Virus record (IMG/VR): IMGVR_UViG_3300008448_000046
Span: 56,388-76,387 of that record
Length of the DNA stretch: 20,000 bases
Strand: one strand, 5' to 3'
Source of the DNA: an uncultured virus (IMG/VR IMGVR_UViG_3300008448_000046)
Lineage: Duplodnaviria; Heunggongvirae; Uroviricota; Caudoviricetes
The position numbers were made by a program, and so were the translations under genes. Positions 15,863-20,000 of the stretch are shown here, in pieces (the first letter of the stretch is position 1; each line of letters starts with the position of its first letter). A model generated the notes under the pieces. It was not told the DNA's origin. It ran no database searches and saw only the letters and a list, made by a program, of their open reading frames with translations.

Positions 15863-18517
15863 TAAATTGTTAAACGTATTATTTTGTTCAGTTGATCGAA
15901 CATCCCAATTTAGGACCCCGATTAAGTTTTCTAGCTTGTTATCTATAATAGTTGCTTCCATTTCTAAATGATCAAATGGCAGCTCCTGGAACCACTTAGG
16001 CAATCGTAGTTCATCTGTAGGATAAGCTACTGATGTAAACCCTAATGGATTTTCTTTTAATTTGCATACAATGACTTTCATTCCGTCGACAATCTGCATA
16101 GAATATTTGTCATCGTACATACGCTTTAGCGTATTCCAATTTATGCTTGCACGAACATGTCCAGGCATATTAGCTTTACCCTGCCGCTTTTCTTTAGCTT
16201 CATAGTCAGTAATATTGTTAGCACGTTTTGGACTACCTTTTTCCCAACCAGGACGAGATTTAAATTCAGTCCTAAATTTAGAAATATGCTCTAGCACTTG
16301 TTCTTCATTGGCACCTGTTAATACTTTTTCAAGTACATCGCTCAGAAAGTTCTGAATAAATTCTGGCGTATCGCTACGTTTAAGATCCAGACCCATGGCT
16401 TTAATCTTACCAGGCTTTCCATCTGTGTCTGTGCGCTTGCCTTCTTTATCGTAATACAATACTGCATAACGTTTCTTAGTAATGAACAATGCTTTTGAAC
16501 CAACAATTTCTCGACCAGCTTTAATTACTTCGCCTCTGGATTTAGGACAATGAAATGTATTTTCCATAAATCCGGCAAATGTATTGTTTACCTCTTGGCC
16601 AATCTGATCGTAAAGCTGTACTACTGTTTCTTTGGTCCACGGGATCGCGCCCGAGTCGATATCTTTTTTAAGCGACCGATAAGCAGAAAAATAACAGCTA
16701 TCAGTATCGCCGTAGATAATAGCTTTTCCAACATGATCATATTCTCCAGTAATTATTTCGTTGACTTTACTTGCCATGTGTTTGGCAATTTGCCGTCCGG
16801 TAAGCGTCGTTGATTGACCGATTCTTTTATCGAAAAACCTACAGCCAGGATTAAGAATAGCACCATACAAACTATTAAGATTAATCTTCTTAACCAACTG
16901 TCGCTTATCCCAATATTCCTCTTCAATTTTGTTACTAGCATTTATACACTCTTTAAGTTTAGCCTGCATTTCTTTACGTTCTGCATACCAACGCTTTAAC
17001 AAACCTGGAATAATACCTTCTTTTTCATAGGTAAAAATAGTTCCATTTGCAGACATCATCCACGGTTGATTACTGTCGTAGATTAATTTATAAATTTCTG
17101 CACCACTCATGACAACTTCTTCACCGTTTTCAAAGTCAATAGTGATAGCCGTCGCTTTGTCTTTTTTAATTACAGATTCAAATTCTAAACTACCAAACAT
17201 GCCTTCCCATGCTGCTGCAAATGATTTCTTTTTAAGAGTCATTTGTTCATGGACGTATGTTTCTGTATATACAGGCCTTAGTTGTCCAACAATAGTTTCC
17301 GGACCCATGTTTAATGCTCTAATAGCACTAGGATAAAGACTGTTAATATCTAATGAACCAACCCAGTCTTGCAAGCCTTCTTTAGGATATGCAACATAAG
17401 CACCTGCTGCTTGTGTATCTTCATCTTCATCACGCCTTGGTCTATTAGGCACCTGAAAGCCACGTTGATGTGCTTCATTAATGATAGCCTGCTCTGTAAC
17501 TGCTACTGCACCCATAGTAGTCTGCAGTAACACAGTACATTCATGTGCAAGTGTGTTGGCTAGATCTATAAATTTTAGTTTATTGTCTAGTTTATTCAGT
17601 AGTGCTACGTCTTGTCTGTTATAGACAATAAATTTATGAAAGTCATTGTTGTATAATTGATCTAAGGTACCTTCATAAACAGTCTTGGTTTCACCGACTT
17701 CCATTTCTCCAATAGCATCAAGTCTATAAGAATGCCTTTCTTCATAGGTGTATTTTCTATAAAGTTCAAGACTGTCTAAATGAACTCTCCCTATCAGATC
17801 ATAGGTCACGGCAGATTTACCGTATTTTTCGTATTCTCGTTTTTTAGGATACTGTCCGAACAGACAGAATCTTTTAGTATCTTCCTTACTTAGTACACGA
17901 GTAACACGATTAACAGTATAAGGAATATCATATCCTTCACTGTTCCATCCACTTAAAATGTCTGCATCTTCGATAAGATCAAGAAATGTTTCTAACATAT
18001 CTCCTTCGTTTTCAAAAAGATGTGTATCAGGTACGTCTTTAATAAGATCTCTAGCTTGATCTATTTTTAAAGTTTTAGGTGGAATAGCTAAAGTGATTAA
18101 TTGATTAAGCCATTTTAAGTATACAGTGATTGCCGTAATAGGCATAAAAGCATCTTCCGGAGTACTGTATCCTCTTTCAGGGTCGAAGTCTACCTCGATG
18201 TCAAAGAATGCAATGTTTAGTTTTGGTGCATCTTGATTAAGGTAGTTCTCACTAAGACATACAAATACTGGATTGATGTCTGCTTCATAAAGTTTTTTAT
18301 TACTGTGGATAGCCATTTCCTTACGGAAATCTTTTGAATTTCTACAAACTACGCGAGACAGCGGGTCTCCGTAAATGCTTGTAAATTTACCACGAGGATC
18401 GGGATAGTAAAAAGTATAACGAACTGGAAAATCTTTAAATTCTCTTTTTCCCTTGTTGTTTCTTTCTACTATTTTGATGACATCAGAATCTCTATCAAAA
18501 TAAGCGTCTACGTACAA
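15848..18517 (-). CDS. polB: Family B DNA polymerase with a 3'-5' exonuclease domain
   Basis: Exo motifs FDIEVD, GWNSEGYDIPY and YNRQDV. Pol motifs SLDINSLYPS, KINLNSLYG, YGDTDS and KKRY. TTG start with AGGAG SD. Confidence 0.97.
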   Translation of the reverse strand: MYVDAYFDRDSDVIKIVERNNKGKREFKDFPVRYTFYYPDPRGKFTSIYGDPLSRVVCRNSKDFRKEMAIHSNKKLYEADINPVFVCLSENYLNQDAPKLNIAFFDIEVDFDPERGYSTPEDAFMPITAITVYLKWLNQLITLAIPPKTLKIDQARDLIKDVPDTHLFENEGDMLETFLDLIEDADILSGWNSEGYDIPYTVNRVTRVLSKEDTKRFCLFGQYPKKREYEKYGKSAVTYDLIGRVHLDSLELYRKYTYEERHSYRLDAIGEMEVGETKTVYEGTLDQLYNNDFHKFIVYNRQDVALLNKLDNKLKFIDLANTLAHECTVLLQTTMGAVAVTEQAIINEAHQRGFQVPNRPRRDEDEDTQAAGAYVAYPKEGLQDWVGSLDINSLYPSAIRALNMGPETIVGQLRPVYTETYVHEQMTLKKKSFAAAWEGMFGSLEFESVIKKDKATAITIDFENGEEVVMSGAEIYKLIYDSNQPWMMSANGTIFTYEKEGIIPGLLKRWYAERKEMQAKLKECINASNKIEEEYWDKRQLVKKINLNSLYGAILNPGCRFFDKRIGQSTTLTGRQIAKHMASKVNEIITGEYDHVGKAIIYGDTDSCYFSAYRSLKKDIDSGAIPWTKETVVQLYDQIGQEVNNTFAGFMENTFHCPKSRGEVIKAGREIVGSKALFITKKRYAVLYYDKEGKRTDTDGKPGKIKAMGLDLKRSDTPEFIQNFLSDVLEKVLTGANEEQVLEHISKFRTEFKSRPGWEKGSPKRANNITDYEAKEKRQGKANMPGHVRASINWNTLKRMYDDKYSMQIVDGMKVIVCKLKENPLGFTSVAYPTDELRLPKWFQELPFDHLEMEATIIDNKLENLIGVLNWDVRSTEQNNTFNNLFDFS

Positions 18518-18529
18518 ATATATCTCCTA

Positions 18530-18577
18530 TGCGATTTTCGGCTCGCAAATACCAACAGATCCATTTATGGCTGGAAC
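18530..18577 (-). promoter_or_regulatory. Tandem RNA hairpins in the polB leader (candidate translational operator)
   Basis: mRNA sense UCCA-gccauaaa-UGGA and UGCGA-gccgaaaa-UCGCA, the second immediately 5' of the SD. Confidence 0.55.
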
Positions 18578-18587
18578 AACCTTCTTA

Positions 18588-18851
18588 TTAGTCTTTAGGA
18601 AGATTATTGGTTATACCAAGTATAGCTTCAACTTCTTCCCACTCTTCTTCGTGTACCTTCCAGTTATCCTTGTGTGCAATTTTAATTGCTTTTGTGATTA
18701 CTGAAGGTTTAATATTTAGTTCCTCTGCAACTGCCTTAACAGTTTCTTTCAATCCTTCTTGCAGATCTTCAACTTCTCTAAGTACTTGAAAGCCTTCGTT
18801 GATTAATCTTTCAAGTTTAGCTTTTTCTTCTGGTCCATACATTCTTGCCAT
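18588..18851 (-). CDS. Small dsDNA-binding protein (T4 DsbA / GapR-like)
   Basis: 87 aa, helical. LKETVKAVAEELNIKPSVITKAIKIAHKDN...EEVE resembles T4 DsbA. AAGGAG SD. Confidence 0.65.
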   Translation of the reverse strand: MARMYGPEEKAKLERLINEGFQVLREVEDLQEGLKETVKAVAEELNIKPSVITKAIKIAHKDNWKVHEEEWEEVEAILGITNNLPKD

Positions 18852-18878
18852 AGTTTTTCTCCTTGCCTAGACTGAGTA

Positions 18879-18907
18879 ATTATATGTTATTAAAAAGTAA
18901 ATGTCAA
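18879..18907 (-). promoter_or_regulatory. Consensus sigma70 promoter heading the replication/modification operon
   Basis: TTGACA (18907-18902), 17 nt, TATAAT (18884-18879). Confidence 0.9.
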
Positions 18908-18912
18908 CTGTT

Positions 18913-19398
18913 TTATTTTATGCAACCAACCAAATGTAATCTTGGATGTTCACTGAAATTGGCAAAAGTATGTTCGAGTGTTGTATCAGTCCAATAAATT
19001 TTGCCTGCTTCTAAATTAAACATAAAGCCTTTTCTAAAAACAAAAAGTGCGCCTGGATTGGTTATAATCGGTACGTGTATTCTAGTAGAATGATCCTTGT
19101 GAATAGTATAACAACTTTTTGGTTCTACCCACATTAGCCTAGTTCTAAATAAGTTATATTTGGTTACTAATTCTTCAATAATTGTGTTTTTATAAATGTC
19201 GTGTAAAAAACAGTAGTCCCATTCTGTTCGTCCGTTTTTAAGACTTTCGCAAGGTTCAGTTTGACTAACAGCATCTCGTCTATATTGAATCCCAGTTTGT
19301 TGACTCCAATTTGATACTACCCAACTTATTTCTGGTTCTAATTTATAGTAACAATTTAACAACGGTTCTGTATCTATGGATTCTAATGTTTTCAGCAT
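18913..19398 (-). CDS. 2OG-Fe(II) oxygenase, aspartyl/asparaginyl beta-hydroxylase-like
   Basis: RTRLM...CYTIHKD (HxD), RIHVPIITN, EHTFANFS (distal His) and RLHLV (2OG-binding Arg). Confidence 0.8.
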   Translation of the reverse strand: MLKTLESIDTEPLLNCYYKLEPEISWVVSNWSQQTGIQYRRDAVSQTEPCESLKNGRTEWDYCFLHDIYKNTIIEELVTKYNLFRTRLMWVEPKSCYTIHKDHSTRIHVPIITNPGALFVFRKGFMFNLEAGKIYWTDTTLEHTFANFSEHPRLHLVGCIK

Positions 19399-19418
19399 AT
19401 TGTAATTATGTAAATCGA

Positions 19419-19424
19419 TATTTA
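19419..19424 (-). promoter_or_regulatory. TAAATA late-promoter-like motif upstream of the oxygenase gene
   Basis: TTAAATA about 20 nt before the ATG. The gene has no obvious SD. Confidence 0.4.
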
Positions 19425-19434
19425 ACCAAAAATA

Positions 19435-19463
19435 TTGTATTCGATATCAAAATCATGTATAAT
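19435..19463 (+). promoter_or_regulatory. Sigma70-type promoter for the plus-strand gene
   Basis: TTGTAT (19435-19440), 17 nt, TATAAT (19458-19463). Confidence 0.7.
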
Positions 19464-19495
19464 ACAAACTTCTTAAACGAACTATGGTGGACTTT

Positions 19496-19813
19496 ATGAA
19501 AAAAACTGTATCGTTGATTGTGCTTGCTTTTTATACAACTACCGGTCATGCTTTTAATGATGATCCAAATGCACTGTTTAGCACTAACAATAACTATACT
19601 ACTAACTCTACTATTCAGTGGTTTCCAGTAGATAATGTTCAAAAGACCTGTGATACAGAATCTAAGAAGCGTGGATATGGCGGAATTAGTTGGTCAGTGA
19701 AGGCTTGTAGTTTTTTTAATGGTAACCGTTGTGATATCTATACTTCAAAACAGTTAAACATGCACACACTTGGACATGAAGTAAGACATTGTTTTCAAGG
19801 TAGTTGGCATTAA
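19496..19813 (+). CDS. Small exported protein with an HExxH motif (putative minimal zinc metallopeptidase)
   Basis: ATG at 19496 follows a GGTGGA SD. Signal-peptide-like MKKTVSLIVLAFYTTTGHA, then LGHEVRHCF. Four Cys. Confidence 0.7.
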   Translation: MKKTVSLIVLAFYTTTGHAFNDDPNALFSTNNNYTTNSTIQWFPVDNVQKTCDTESKKRGYGGISWSVKACSFFNGNRCDIYTSKQLNMHTLGHEVRHCFQGSWH

Positions 19814-19838
19814 AAAAGCGCCCCTCGGCGCTTTTTTA
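19811..19838. terminator. Bidirectional intrinsic terminator between convergent genes
   Basis: TAAAAAAGCGCC-cctc-GGCGCTTTTTTA is a perfect 12-bp inverted repeat with U-tracts on both strands. Confidence 0.92.
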
Positions 19839-20000
19839 TTTGAGTCCTGATAAAAACTTAATTGTATCTAGTTCTACTGATTCTGCTGCGGCTTTTCTTG
19901 GAACTATTTGGCCTTGCGTATTCAAAATTAATCCAATTTTCATCAATCTTTGATTTAGCATAACTAGATCATAACCACTAAAATCGCCTGCAAGTTCTTG
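19836..20000 (-). CDS. C-terminal fragment of a protein entering from the right edge
   Basis: Open frame QELAGDFSGY...ESVELDTIKFLSGLK* ending at TAA within the terminator. Confidence 0.7.
   Translation of the reverse strand, partial: QELAGDFSGYDLVMLNQRLMKIGLILNTQGQIVPRKAAAESVELDTIKFLSGLK

Noticed and set aside
3589..16941. Alternative-frame minus-strand ORFs 3589-3795, 7696-7935 and 16753-16941
   Set aside because: They lie largely or wholly within queE, the HIT gene and polB, with no independent support.
15848..18517. Intein or intron in polB
   Set aside because: The 889-aa frame is continuous with normally spaced motifs and no intein splice-junction or homing endonuclease signatures.
303..18789. 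Plus-strand ORFs in the track (303-485, 1944-2180, 2441-2767, 3017-3199, 3638-3832, 7574-7843, 9063-9329, 9224-9490, 9414-9644, 11476-11682, 14515-14790, 14787-15035, 16550-16813, 16814-16999, 17109-17336, 18607-18789)
   Set aside because: All are antisense shadows of well-supported minus-strand genes, with no recognisable motifs.
19311..19642. ORFs 19311-19499 (+) and 19406-19642 (-)
   Set aside because: They cross the divergent promoter region and overlap better-supported genes.
1..20000. Stop-codon reassignment, CRISPR array, tRNA genes, transposase or integrase
   Set aside because: Genes are full length under code 11, with TAA, TGA and TAG all used as stops. Intergenic gaps are too short for arrays or tRNAs, and no such repeats or motifs were seen by eye.

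Overview
AT-rich, gene-dense segment of a large dsDNA tailed phage genome (T4-like or jumbo-phage-type replication module, sigma70-type and TAAATA late-type promoters). Nearly all genes from about 18.85 kb down to position 1 lie on the minus strand, many with overlapping start and stop codons. The replication genes are a family B DNA polymerase, a probable sliding clamp, a T4 RNase H/FEN-type nuclease and a DsbA-like protein. Interleaved with them is a 7-deazaguanine modification cluster: FolE, a divergent QueD-like protein, a QueE with an unusual CX3CX39C motif and a TGT/DpdA-fold transglycosylase. The same unit carries a GT-B glycosyltransferase, a short UDP-glucose-dehydrogenase-like enzyme, a purine phosphoribosyltransferase and a HIT hydrolase. 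No QueC is visible in the window. The best candidate for something new is a replication-coupled, possibly sugar-decorated deazaguanine DNA modification: the transglycosylase ends in TFDTLFE, matching the polymerase's C-terminal TFNNLFD putative clamp-binding tail. Other signals are twin hairpins with GCCRWAAA loops in the polymerase leader, a start-codon-sequestering hairpin overlapping a late promoter, and an 18-aa motif shared by three hypothetical proteins. All functional calls come from motif recognition by eye; no searches were run.
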